In this document: piece after piece, positions 1-8,927 of the stretch | Layout: the number at the start of each line of letters is the position of its first letter | Numbering within the stretch: the stretch's first letter is position 1 | Assembly (NCBI GenBank): GCA_965205975.1 | Contig: OZ242195.1 | Coordinates: 992,001 to 1,056,000 of the forward strand | Direction: 5' to 3' | Source: Candidatus Latescibacterota bacterium | GTDB taxonomy: Bacteria; Latescibacterota; UBA2968 | Length of the DNA stretch: 64,000 bases | Position numbers and translations under genes: made by a program | The notes under the pieces: model-generated | Databases searched by the model: none | What the model was told of the DNA's origin: nothing | What the model saw: only the letters and a program-made list of their open reading frames with translations

Positions 1-650
1 GGACTGCGATTCACGCAGGCGAACCCGGTGCGGGATTGCCTGCGACCAGACAGCGCATTGAGGAGGCTTGGGGAGCGCGTTGTTATGACCACGCAGGGGC
101 GACTGAAGTGGGTGCGTGGGGATTTGAGTGTGCGTTTCGAGATGGCATGCATATAAACGAATCTGAATTTATTTGCGAAGTGATCGATCCCGATACGGGC
201 GAGCAAGCGAGAGAGGGGGAGTTGGTGCTTACCAATTTGGGACGCACTGGCATGCCCGTTATTCGCTATCGCACGGGAGATCGCGTAAAGCTGCATGCGG
301 GAATCTGTGATTGCGGTTCGAGTTTTTCGCGTCTCGAAGGGGGCGTGATTGGACGTATCGATGATGCGTTGATTATTCGCGGCGTCAATTTTTATCCCAG
401 CGCGATTGAAAATATCGTACGGAAGTTTTCCGAAGTGACAGAGTTTGCAGTGGATATCTACCGACAAGGCGAAATGGATGATATGCAAATTCGTATTGAG
501 TTAAATGGTGGAGAACCGGGTTCAATTTCCGATGCGATAGGTAGAGAGGTGCGACATATTCTGGGCATACGCGCTGGCGTTCAGATAGTACCGGGTAATA
601 CCTTGCCGAGATTTGAGTTGAAAGCGAGACGGTTTACTGATCATCGTTAA
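1..650 (+). CDS. Phenylacetate-CoA ligase (PaaK)-family acyl-CoA ligase, 5'-truncated by window edge
   Basis: Frame open from window start (HAGEPG); YDHAGATE, GELVLTNL, IRYRTGD, GRIDD..IRGVN.YP motifs typical of the PaaK family. Confidence 0.85.
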   Translation, partial: TAIHAGEPGAGLPATRQRIEEAWGARCYDHAGATEVGAWGFECAFRDGMHINESEFICEVIDPDTGEQAREGELVLTNLGRTGMPVIRYRTGDRVKLHAGICDCGSSFSRLEGGVIGRIDDALIIRGVNFYPSAIENIVRKFSEVTEFAVDIYRQGEMDDMQIRIELNGGEPGSISDAIGREVRHILGIRAGVQIVPGNTLPRFELKARRFTDHR

Positions 651-665
651 AAAGCAACCACAATA

Positions 666-1004
666 ATGCATATTGCACAGCGAAGAGAGATACAAATCTA
701 CCGTGCCTCAAATGGTCGGGAGCCTTTCACTGAATGGTTGAAATCACTTCGAGATCGAAGAGCGCGAAAACAGATTCAAGTTCGACTTGACCGCCTTGAA
801 ACTGGTAATTTAGGCGATTACAGATCCGTTGGAGACGGAGTATTTGAACTCCGTCTCCAAGTTGGCCCAGGTTATCGAGTCTATTTTGGAGAAGTAGATA
901 ATACCATTATTCTCCTCCTTTGCGGCGGAGATAAATCCTCGCAAGTTAGAGATATTGAACAGGCAAAAGCCTATTGGAGAGAATACAAGGAGTTTCGGAA
1001 ATGA
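666..1004 (+). CDS. Type II TA toxin, RelE/ParE/HigB-like addiction module killer protein
   Basis: PFTEWLKSLRD..GNLGDYRSVGDGVFELR..GPGYRVYF..LLLCGGDKSSQ signature. Confidence 0.9.
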   Translation: MHIAQRREIQIYRASNGREPFTEWLKSLRDRRARKQIQVRLDRLETGNLGDYRSVGDGVFELRLQVGPGYRVYFGEVDNTIILLLCGGDKSSQVRDIEQAKAYWREYKEFRK

Positions 1005-1309
1005 GAAAAATGAGAAAGTACCGCGATTACTTAATTGAAGAACTTTCTGACCGTGAGGAGGCGATTGCCTATCTCCAAGCATCCTTGGAAGAATACGAGA
1101 AGGACGGTAATACTTCAGCCCTTCTGTTAGCACTTCGAAGTATCGCCGAAGCGCAGGGTGGACGAGTTGAGGAACTGCTAAAAGATATAGAGGCAGATAT
1201 CCAGTGGGATGAAACGCTGGCAAAATCTCCCGATGTGCTGGCTGCACTCGCAGAGAAGGCTAAAGAGGAATATAGAGCGGGGCGAACAAAACAACTGACA
1301 AACCTTTAG
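1001..1309 (+). CDS. Cognate antitoxin (addiction module antidote N-terminus, atypical C-terminus)
   Basis: ATGA overlap with toxin stop; AYLQASLEE..ALLLALRSIAEAQGG N-terminal motif. Confidence 0.75.
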   Translation: MRKMRKYRDYLIEELSDREEAIAYLQASLEEYEKDGNTSALLLALRSIAEAQGGRVEELLKDIEADIQWDETLAKSPDVLAALAEKAKEEYRAGRTKQLTNL

Positions 1310-1319
1310 GATTTATTTT

Positions 1320-2567
1320 ATGATTTCAGATCATTACGATGTCATTATCATTGGTGGGGGACCTGCGGGAAGCACTACAGCTGCGCTTGTCGCTGAATAT
1401 GGGCACCGCGTGTTGTTGCTGGAGCGGGAGGAGTTTCCCAGGTTTCAGATTGGCGAGTCCCTGATGCCGGGTACTTACTGGTCATTCAAGCGGCTGGGGC
1501 TGCTGGATAAGCTGAAAAAAAGTGAGTTTGTCAAAAAGTACAGCGTTCAGTTTTTCAGCGGGTCGGGAAAAGGCTCTGCGCCATTTTATTTTCACTTACA
1601 CGATCCCCACGAAAGTTCTATCACGTATCAGGTATTGCGCAGTGAATTTGATCTTATGATGATGGATAATGCCCGTGAGAAAGGTGCCGAGGTTGAGCAG
1701 GGGGCGAGTGTGCATCAGGTGCATTTTAGTGGGGACAGGGCAACGGGTGTGCAGGTGAGATACCGCGATGGACAGATCAAAGATATATCTGCCAGTGTTA
1801 TTGTAGATGCAACGGGACGAAGCGCGCTTATTTCGAGAAGGCTAAAGATCAAGACGATTGAGCCAAAGCTCAAAAAGGCATCTATTTTCACGCACTACAA
1901 AGGCGCGTTTCGCGATGCGGGTATTGACGAGGGTGCAACGCTGATTTTACATACGCGTGACAAGGATTCCTGGTTCTGGTACATCCCGCTGGCAGATGAT
2001 GTGGTCAGTGTGGGCGTTGTTGGGGGATTGGATTATTTGTTGCAAAACCGCAAGAGAAATCCCCAGGAAATTTTCGAAGAAGAGTTAGCAAAGTGTACCC
2101 GCATGCAAGAACGGCTCGCGGGAGCCGAGCAGTTGTTTCCCATGAAAGTCACGCAGGACTTTTCATACCGATCCAACACTGTCGCAGGTGAGGGATGGGT
2201 GCTGGTGGGTGATGCTTTTGGTTTTATCGATCCCGTGTATTCTTCGGGTGTGTTCCTCGCGCTCAAATCGGGCGAGATGGCCGCTGATGCGATACACGAA
2301 GCCATTGAGAAGCGCGATTTCTCTGCCGATCAACTCGGCAAATGGGGACCAGAATTTCTTCCGGGCATGGAGGCGATTCGCAAATTGGTCTATGCTTTTT
2401 ATACCAGAGATTTCAGTTTTGCCAAATTTTTAAAAGCGCATCCAGAATGTATAGATGGCATTATCAATATCTTAAAAGGCAATGTCTATCGCGAGGATGT
2501 CACCCCTATTTTTGAACCTATGGGACAAATGTGCGATCTGCCCGAGACTGTGGATCACTATTCCTAA
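1320..2567 (+). CDS. FAD-dependent oxidoreductase, flavin-dependent halogenase family
   Basis: GGGPAG, PRFQIGESL, FVKK, WFWYIP (WxWxIP), GDAFGFIDPVYSSGV motifs. Confidence 0.8.
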   Translation: MISDHYDVIIIGGGPAGSTTAALVAEYGHRVLLLEREEFPRFQIGESLMPGTYWSFKRLGLLDKLKKSEFVKKYSVQFFSGSGKGSAPFYFHLHDPHESSITYQVLRSEFDLMMMDNAREKGAEVEQGASVHQVHFSGDRATGVQVRYRDGQIKDISASVIVDATGRSALISRRLKIKTIEPKLKKASIFTHYKGAFRDAGIDEGATLILHTRDKDSWFWYIPLADDVVSVGVVGGLDYLLQNRKRNPQEIFEEELAKCTRMQERLAGAEQLFPMKVTQDFSYRSNTVAGEGWVLVGDAFGFIDPVYSSGVFLALKSGEMAADAIHEAIEKRDFSADQLGKWGPEFLPGMEAIRKLVYAFYTRDFSFAKFLKAHPECIDGIINILKGNVYREDVTPIFEPMGQMCDLPETVDHYS

Positions 2568-2586
2568 TTCCTAATCCTAATTCCTA
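2561..2586. repeat. Short tandem TTCCTAA-type heptamer repeat (about 4 imperfect copies)
   Basis: ttcctaa ttcctaa tcctaa ttccta spans the stop of one gene to the start of the next. Confidence 0.7.
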
Positions 2587-3887
2587 TGCGAATTGCTTAT
2601 ATTGCCGCGGGTGCGGCGGGTATGTATTGTGGCAGTTGTATTCACGACAATGCGCTGGCCTCTGCGCTTCAGCGGAAGGGGATAGATTTCGCGCTTGTTC
2701 CGACGTACACGCCCCTGCGTACCGATGAACCGGGCGCGAGTATTAATCGGGTGTTTTACGGCGGCATAAATGTTTATCTCCAGCAGAAAATGGGTATTTT
2801 TCGACACACGCCCTCTTTTGTCGATAGATTATTGAATAGCCGAACACTGCTCAATAGTCTCGCCCGTTTTAGCGGATCAACGCGTGCGGAAGACCTCGGC
2901 ACGCTCACAGTTTCGGTTTTAGAGGGGGAAGAAGGCGCGCAAAAAAAAGAACTCGCAAAGCTGGTGCGCTGGTTGAAAGAGGACTTTCGACCAGACCTCG
3001 TGCAATTGACCAATTCGATGTTTTTGGGCATGGCCAGAGAAATGAAACGGGAACTCGGTATTCCCGTTTTGTGTTCTCTGCAAGGCGAAGATATTTTTCT
3101 CGAAGGATTGATAGAACCCTACAAATCGGACGCGCGGCAGTGCTTACGAGATCGAGCAAAAGATGTCGATGGATTTGTCGCCACTTGTGATTATTATGCC
3201 GATTTTATGGCCGATTATCTCGATGTGCCGCGCAATCGCATTCACGTCGCGCCTTTGGGTATCAAATTAGACGGACATGGAGAAAGCGGTGTAAAGCCGG
3301 ACTCATTGCCTTTTGCGATTGGTTATCTCGCCCGAATATGTCCCGAGAAAGGGTTGCATGTGCTGGTCGATGCGTTTCATCAACTGGCTGAACAAGTCGG
3401 TAAGGAGAATGTAAGACTCAGTGTTGCCGGTTATCTGGGACAAAGAGACGCACCGTATTTTCAGCACGTATGCGAACAAATTACATCCCGGGGACTTTCC
3501 GATGTTTTTGATTATCGCGGGGAAGTCAATCGAGAAGAAAAAATTGCATTCCTGAATAGCATCCATATCTTATCTGTGCCAACGCCTTATAAAGAACCCA
3601 AGGGGCTATCGCTGCTCGAAGCTATGGCCAATGGCGTTCCCGTTGTTCAGCCCCGGCACGGTATTTTCCCAGAATGGATTGAAAAAACGGGTGGGGGAAT
3701 TCTGGTAGAGCCAGATTCTTCAGAGGCTCTGGCGGCGGGGTTGCTGCGGCTGATGAATGACGCAGAGGGGCGAGAGGCGATGGGGCAAAAAGGGAAAGAA
3801 GCAGTGCATAAAAATTTTAGCGACGACGATATGGCGGAAGCAACACTGGCGGTATATCGACAGTATGTGACGGATTCAAAAACTTAA
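2586..3887 (+). CDS. Glycosyltransferase family 4 (GT-B)
   Basis: RICPEKG and EPKGLSLLEAMANGVPVV motifs; N-terminal YCGSC. Confidence 0.85.
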   Translation: MRIAYIAAGAAGMYCGSCIHDNALASALQRKGIDFALVPTYTPLRTDEPGASINRVFYGGINVYLQQKMGIFRHTPSFVDRLLNSRTLLNSLARFSGSTRAEDLGTLTVSVLEGEEGAQKKELAKLVRWLKEDFRPDLVQLTNSMFLGMAREMKRELGIPVLCSLQGEDIFLEGLIEPYKSDARQCLRDRAKDVDGFVATCDYYADFMADYLDVPRNRIHVAPLGIKLDGHGESGVKPDSLPFAIGYLARICPEKGLHVLVDAFHQLAEQVGKENVRLSVAGYLGQRDAPYFQHVCEQITSRGLSDVFDYRGEVNREEKIAFLNSIHILSVPTPYKEPKGLSLLEAMANGVPVVQPRHGIFPEWIEKTGGGILVEPDSSEALAAGLLRLMNDAEGREAMGQKGKEAVHKNFSDDDMAEATLAVYRQYVTDSKT

Positions 3888-3900
3888 TACAGGAGGGCAA

Positions 3901-4392
3901 ATGCCGACTTCATCTACTGGGCTTACGTGGTTGATTTTTGCGTTGTTGACTGTGGGATCGTGGGGTTTGTACGGGATTTTTCTGCATACTGGTCAGATCG
4001 CTATGGGCGATCCCGACAATGGACGCTATAAGGCGTTTCTGTTTGTGGGTATTGCCTATCTTGTGACGGCTGTTATTGGATCTCTCATTGTGCTGGCGAT
4101 CAACGGATCGGACTGGTCATTTCCGACAAAGGGGCTAACATGGTCGCTGCTGGCTGGTACTGTGGGTGCTATTGGCGCGTTTGGTGTGCTCCTCGCCTTT
4201 GGTGCTAAGGGGACGCCACCCGTGGTTATGTCCATTGTTTTTGCTGGCGCGCCCATGGTCAATGCTATCGTCTCTCTCATTATGCATCCGCCAGCAGGTG
4301 GATGGGGCGGTTTGAACTGGCAATTTGTGTTGGGTATTATATTGGCCGCGCTGGGAGGGTGTCTGGTGACTTTATTTAAACCTTCGTCTTGA
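3901..4392 (+). CDS. Small membrane protein, EamA/DMT-like
   Basis: About 5 hydrophobic Gly-rich helices; RBS AGGAGG. Confidence 0.65.
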   Translation: MPTSSTGLTWLIFALLTVGSWGLYGIFLHTGQIAMGDPDNGRYKAFLFVGIAYLVTAVIGSLIVLAINGSDWSFPTKGLTWSLLAGTVGAIGAFGVLLAFGAKGTPPVVMSIVFAGAPMVNAIVSLIMHPPAGGWGGLNWQFVLGIILAALGGCLVTLFKPSS

Positions 4393-4403
4393 TAGATAGC
4401 ACT

Positions 4404-4841
4404 ATGCACAGTGAATTCCACACCACTCGCAGGGTAGAATTTTCCGATACGGACATGGCCGGGATTGTACATTTTTCCCGGTTTTTTGTCTTTATGGAAG
4501 CGGCTGAGCATGCTTTTTTGCGCGCGTTGGATACGAGTGTTTCAACAGAATGGGATGGAAATAAAATTGGATGGCCGAGGTTGGAGGCAACGTGTACATA
4601 TCTCAGTCCAGCCGTATTTGAAGATGTGCTGGATATTCATCTGAAGGTGATACGCAAAGGCACAAAATCGCTGACCTATCGGTTTGATTTTTTTCGCGGA
4701 GAGACGGCGATTGCCAGCGGAGAATTGAGTACGGTATGTTGTATATGCAATCCCGGCGAAAAAATCAGGTCCATACCGATTCCAGATTTTATTGCGGATC
4801 AGATCGCGGATGAAGCAGATGGCGCAGATAGATGCGGATGA
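4404..4841 (+). CDS. Acyl-CoA thioesterase (4HBT/hotdog)
   Basis: RVEFSDTDMAGIVHFSRFF..E motif. Confidence 0.88.
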   Translation: MHSEFHTTRRVEFSDTDMAGIVHFSRFFVFMEAAEHAFLRALDTSVSTEWDGNKIGWPRLEATCTYLSPAVFEDVLDIHLKVIRKGTKSLTYRFDFFRGETAIASGELSTVCCICNPGEKIRSIPIPDFIADQIADEADGADRCG

Positions 4842-4852
4842 AGATCGAGAAT

Positions 4853-4880
4853 GTAGGGGCGCGGCCCCTGTGCCCGCCCG
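4853..4880 (+). repeat. GTAG-type REP-like palindrome
   Basis: GTAGGGGCGCGGCCCCTGTGCCCGCCCG with AGGGGC/GCCCCT stem, intergenic. Confidence 0.6.
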
Positions 4881-4899
4881 AATATTTAAGAGGTCGCAA

Positions 4900-5553
4900 A
4901 TGGCACTAAAAGTTGAAAATCTTTCCAAACACTTTGGGGATGTACATGTTCTGCAGGATATATCTTTTGAAATGGCAATGGGGCAATCGCTGAGTGTTAT
5001 GGGTCCTTCGGGGTCGGGGAAGAGTACCTTGTTGCATGTGCTGGGTACGCTGGACCGACCATCTGGGGGTAGCCTCGAAATTGAGGGGCAGGATCCCTTC
5101 GCATTATCTGAAATCGAACTCGCGCGGTTTAGAAATCAGGGTATTGGATTTGTGTTTCAAGAGCATCATCTTTTGCCGCAATACTCGATTCTGGAAAATG
5201 TCTTGATCCCGACACTGGCATTTAGAAATGGCGATGCGCGAGACCGCGCCCGAGAGATTATTGATCGTGTGGGTTTGTCGCATCGCATTGATCACAGGCC
5301 AGCTGAATTATCTGGCGGCGAGCGACAGCGCACAGCTGTTGCGCGTGCGCTTATCAATTCCCCGGCATTGCTCTTGTGCGACGAACCAACGGGTAGCCTG
5401 GATGGGGCGCGAGCAGAGGAAATAGCCGATTTGCTGTTTGAATTGCACGAGCGAGAAAATAATATCCTGATCTGTGCAACGCACAGTACGGCGCTTGCCC
5501 ATCGCTTTGAGCGGCGGTTTGATTTGCAGGGGGGAACGTGCGTCGAAGTCTGA
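4900..5553 (+). CDS. ABC transporter ATP-binding protein (LolD/MacB-type)
   Basis: GPSGSGKS, LSGGE, LLLCDEPTGSLD, ATH. Confidence 0.92.
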   Translation: MALKVENLSKHFGDVHVLQDISFEMAMGQSLSVMGPSGSGKSTLLHVLGTLDRPSGGSLEIEGQDPFALSEIELARFRNQGIGFVFQEHHLLPQYSILENVLIPTLAFRNGDARDRAREIIDRVGLSHRIDHRPAELSGGERQRTAVARALINSPALLLCDEPTGSLDGARAEEIADLLFELHERENNILICATHSTALAHRFERRFDLQGGTCVEV

Positions 5554-8500
5554 TCTATTTCTGGCGAATTAATCTGGCTGTTATGCTCGGCGTGGCAGTG
5601 GCGACGGCTGTTCTGACGGGTGCTTTGATCGTGGGCGATTCCGTGCGGGGTAGCTTGAGAGATTTGTCGTTGAGTCGTCTGGGCAAAATTGACCACGCTC
5701 TGTTATCCGAGCGGTTTTTCCGCGAGAGTTTGGAGCGCGATCTCGAGCGTGAACTTGACGCTCAGAATGTTGTATCGGCTATCAGTCTGAGTGGAACGGC
5801 TGTTCACGCGGGATCGAATACGCGGGCTTCTCGCGTTCAAATTCAGGGTATTGATAATCGCTTTGCAAATCTGTTTGATCAAATATTGCCCGAGTTGACG
5901 ATCGAGGGAATATTTCCATCGGTTGTTGTCAATGAATCCCTCCAAAAAGAACTCAATGCACAGATTGGCGATGCCGTTCTGCTGTCTTTCGAGCAATCAG
6001 ATGATATTCACCGCGAATCGCTATTTGGACGTGCTGATGGTGCAGTTCAGACAATTCGACTGACGCTCGCAGGCGTGCTTCCGGATAGGGGAATGGGGCG
6101 CTTTGGCCTTTTTGCTCGCCAGAACGTTCCGCTCAATGCGTATCTATCGCTGCCGGTTTTGCAAAAAGCGTTGGGTCAAAGAGGTCGCGTGAATACATTG
6201 CTGGTGTCGGGTGATCCAGATGCAGATGTTCAGGAAGCTCTTTCCCGCGTTGCAACGCCGGATGATCTCGGTATCGTCATCCGCCAAGAAGCAGATTATT
6301 TCGCTGTCGAGAGCACGCAGTTTATTCTCAAATCCCATATTGCGGAAACTATTCAAAAAATATCTGCCGAATTAAACGCGCCCCACCTGTCTATTCTCAC
6401 CTATCTGGCGAATATCACACAGATCGGAGAGAGCGTATTGCCCTATTCTACAATTTCTGCTTTAGATGTTGGGAATCTGGGGACCTTTCAGGTTATAGAT
6501 GGATCACTACAACTCGGGGAAGATGGTATTTTGCTGAATACATGGGCGGCTGAGGATTTGAACGCACGGGTTGGCGATGAAGTGAGAGTTGCCTATTACG
6601 AAGTCTCGCCTGGGGAAAGACTCCTGACCCGTTGGGCGATATTTCAGCTCAAGGGTATTGTGGCAATGGCGGGATTGGGCGCAGATGAAAAGTTGTCTCC
6701 CGATTATCCGGGCCTGGGGGATGCAAATAATATGGCAGATTGGGAAGCGCCTTTTCCTATAGACTTGAGTCGTATTCGCCCGAAAGATGAAGATTATTGG
6801 GATACCTATCGCGACGCGCCAAAAGCCTTTGTGTCTGCCGCGACAGGGCAGCGATTGTGGCAAAGTCGATTTGGCGTATTAACCGCTGTACGCATTGGGG
6901 CTATTGCGGGAGAGGATATCGAAACAACAGCGAAGCGATTTGAGGATCGCTTGCTGACAAACATCGCACCCGGATCGGTTGGCCTGACATTTCAGCCCGT
7001 CAAACAGCAGGGTCTGGCCGCTTCTGAGGGAGCGACGGACTTTAGCCAGCTATTTATTGCATTCAGCCAATTCCTGATCATTTCCGCAGCTCTTCTGGTC
7101 GGATTATTATTTCGCCTGAGCGTGGAGCAGCGAGGCAGAGAAGTCGGGATGCGGATGGTGTCGGGATATACGGCAAAAAAAATTCGTCGCCTCTTTAGTC
7201 AGGAGGGCTTTGTACTGGCCGGTGTGGGCGGCATCACAGGGTTGATAGGCGGTGTTTTCTATGCCTATCTGATTATGGTGGGATTGCGTACTTATTGGGT
7301 GGGCGCGGTTGGTACGTCTGATCTCGCGCTCCACATCCATGCATCGAGTCTTTTATTGGGCTATGCCATTTCACTAATCGTGATCCTGCTGGCAATCTGG
7401 CTCACGCTCCGCCGTTTGGGCAATATTTCTGTTCGTGCATTATTATTGGGTATTACAGAAGCGGTGCGCGGAAGGCCGCGTACAAAATGGTATGCCCTGG
7501 GCAGCCTCGTTTTCGCCGCGCTCAGTCTTGGAGGGGGCGCGACGGTGGATCCATCAACGGGTACAGGCTTATTTTTTCTTAGTGGCACGCTGTGGATGGT
7601 TTCGGGATTGTGCTTTCTCTCACTCTGGTTTAGACGCGGGCATCGCGCCATAAGAGAGGGTATTATTGGCATGGGGGTGCAAAATAGCAAACGGCAGCCC
7701 GCGCGAAGTTTGTTGTGCGCCTCACTCATCGGTTGTGCGTGTTTTGTCATTGTTGCAGTAGGGGCAAATAGGCGAACTGATTTGACTCAAAATATCGCGC
7801 AGGGCAAAGCCTCTGGCACGGGTGGCTTTGCCCTCATCGCCGAAGTTGATGTGCCGATTTATCGGGATTTCAATTCAAAAGACGGGCAATTTGAACTCGG
7901 GTTCTCGCAAGCAGATACAGAACTTTTGAATCAGGCACGGTTTATTCCGATGCGCGTTTTGCCGGGTGAAGATGCGAGTTGTCTCAATCTTTACAAGCCC
8001 GAAAGCCCACGCGTTTTGGGCGTTCCCGAAGCTCTGCGTCAGCGAGGTGGTTTTACGTTTCAACAAACGAGTGTCGAAGTGGAAAATCCCTGGGCTTTAT
8101 TAGCCGAGGATCTGGGTGCGGGTGTGATTCCGGCAATTGGGGATTACAATTCGGCTATGTGGATTTTGCACAAGCAATTGGGCGATGATATTGAGGTTCA
8201 GAATGAAATAGGGGAAACTGTCAGGCTGAGATTGGTGGGCTTGTTAAAGACGAGTATTTTTCAAAGTGAATTGCTGATTTCCGAAGACAATTTTTTGCGG
8301 CACTTTCCCGATCAGAGTGGGTATGGTGCTTTTCTCGTTGAAACGCAACAACCCATTCAGCTTACTGCGCTTTTGGAAAGCCGATTAAAAGATATTGGGT
8401 TAGACGCCGTATCCACAGCGCAAAAACTCGCGCATTTTCAGGAGGTCGAAAATACGTATCTCTCCACCTTTCAGACACTGGGGGGATTGGGCCTGCTGTT

Positions 8501-8837
8501 GGGCACGCTCGGATTGGGAATCGTCCTGTTGAGAAATGTTATTGAAAGACGCGGTGAATTGGCGGTTCTTCGCGCCTTTGGATTTCGCCGCGCTGTGCTG
8601 TCGCGCATGTTGCTCGCGGAGAATGGTTTTTTAATGTTTGTGGGCCTGGCTATCGGTAGCGTCTCCGCGCTTATTGCCGTAGCACCTCATGTCATGAGCT
8701 ATGGTGCGTTAATCCCCTGGGGATCGCTGGCCCTCACGCTTGTCATTATATACGGTGCGGGTCTCATAGCAAGCGCGATAGCCGTTTTCTATGCCCTGCG
8801 AGCACCACTATTGCCTGCGTTAAAACAGGAGATGTGA
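5538..8837 (+). CDS. Large FtsX/MacB-type ABC permease (duplicated)
   Basis: Two FtsX-like TM modules (VEQRGREVG; IERRGELAVLRAFGF) with large periplasmic domains; start uncertain. Confidence 0.85.
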   Translation: MRRSLIYFWRINLAVMLGVAVATAVLTGALIVGDSVRGSLRDLSLSRLGKIDHALLSERFFRESLERDLERELDAQNVVSAISLSGTAVHAGSNTRASRVQIQGIDNRFANLFDQILPELTIEGIFPSVVVNESLQKELNAQIGDAVLLSFEQSDDIHRESLFGRADGAVQTIRLTLAGVLPDRGMGRFGLFARQNVPLNAYLSLPVLQKALGQRGRVNTLLVSGDPDADVQEALSRVATPDDLGIVIRQEADYFAVESTQFILKSHIAETIQKISAELNAPHLSILTYLANITQIGESVLPYSTISALDVGNLGTFQVIDGSLQLGEDGILLNTWAAEDLNARVGDEVRVAYYEVSPGERLLTRWAIFQLKGIVAMAGLGADEKLSPDYPGLGDANNMADWEAPFPIDLSRIRPKDEDYWDTYRDAPKAFVSAATGQRLWQSRFGVLTAVRIGAIAGEDIETTAKRFEDRLLTNIAPGSVGLTFQPVKQQGLAASEGATDFSQLFIAFSQFLIISAALLVGLLFRLSVEQRGREVGMRMVSGYTAKKIRRLFSQEGFVLAGVGGITGLIGGVFYAYLIMVGLRTYWVGAVGTSDLALHIHASSLLLGYAISLIVILLAIWLTLRRLGNISVRALLLGITEAVRGRPRTKWYALGSLVFAALSLGGGATVDPSTGTGLFFLSGTLWMVSGLCFLSLWFRRGHRAIREGIIGMGVQNSKRQPARSLLCASLIGCACFVIVAVGANRRTDLTQNIAQGKASGTGGFALIAEVDVPIYRDFNSKDGQFELGFSQADTELLNQARFIPMRVLPGEDASCLNLYKPESPRVLGVPEALRQRGGFTFQQTSVEVENPWALLAEDLGAGVIPAIGDYNSAMWILHKQLGDDIEVQNEIGETVRLRLVGLLKTSIFQSELLISEDNFLRHFPDQSGYGAFLVETQQPIQLTALLESRLKDIGLDAVSTAQKLAHFQEVENTYLSTFQTLGGLGLLLGTLGLGIVLLRNVIERRGELAVLRAFGFRRAVLSRMLLAENGFLMFVGLAIGSVSALIAVAPHVMSYGALIPWGSLALTLVIIYGAGLIASAIAVFYALRAPLLPALKQEM

Positions 8838-8927
8838 ACGAATCAACGAATCAACGAATCAACGAATGGAGTTCGCACTGACTTTGGGTGGTTGGGTGGG
8901 GTTCGTCTATTCGTCTATTCGTCTATT
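8837..8927. repeat. Octamer-array element, copy 1: (AACGAATC)x3-4 ... GGGG(TTCGTCTA)x3
   Basis: Direct reading; right arm nearly identical to 44267-44312. Confidence 0.85.

Noticed and set aside
8837..8927. Possible CRISPR array
   Set aside because: Contiguous 8-nt units with no unique spacers and no cas genes
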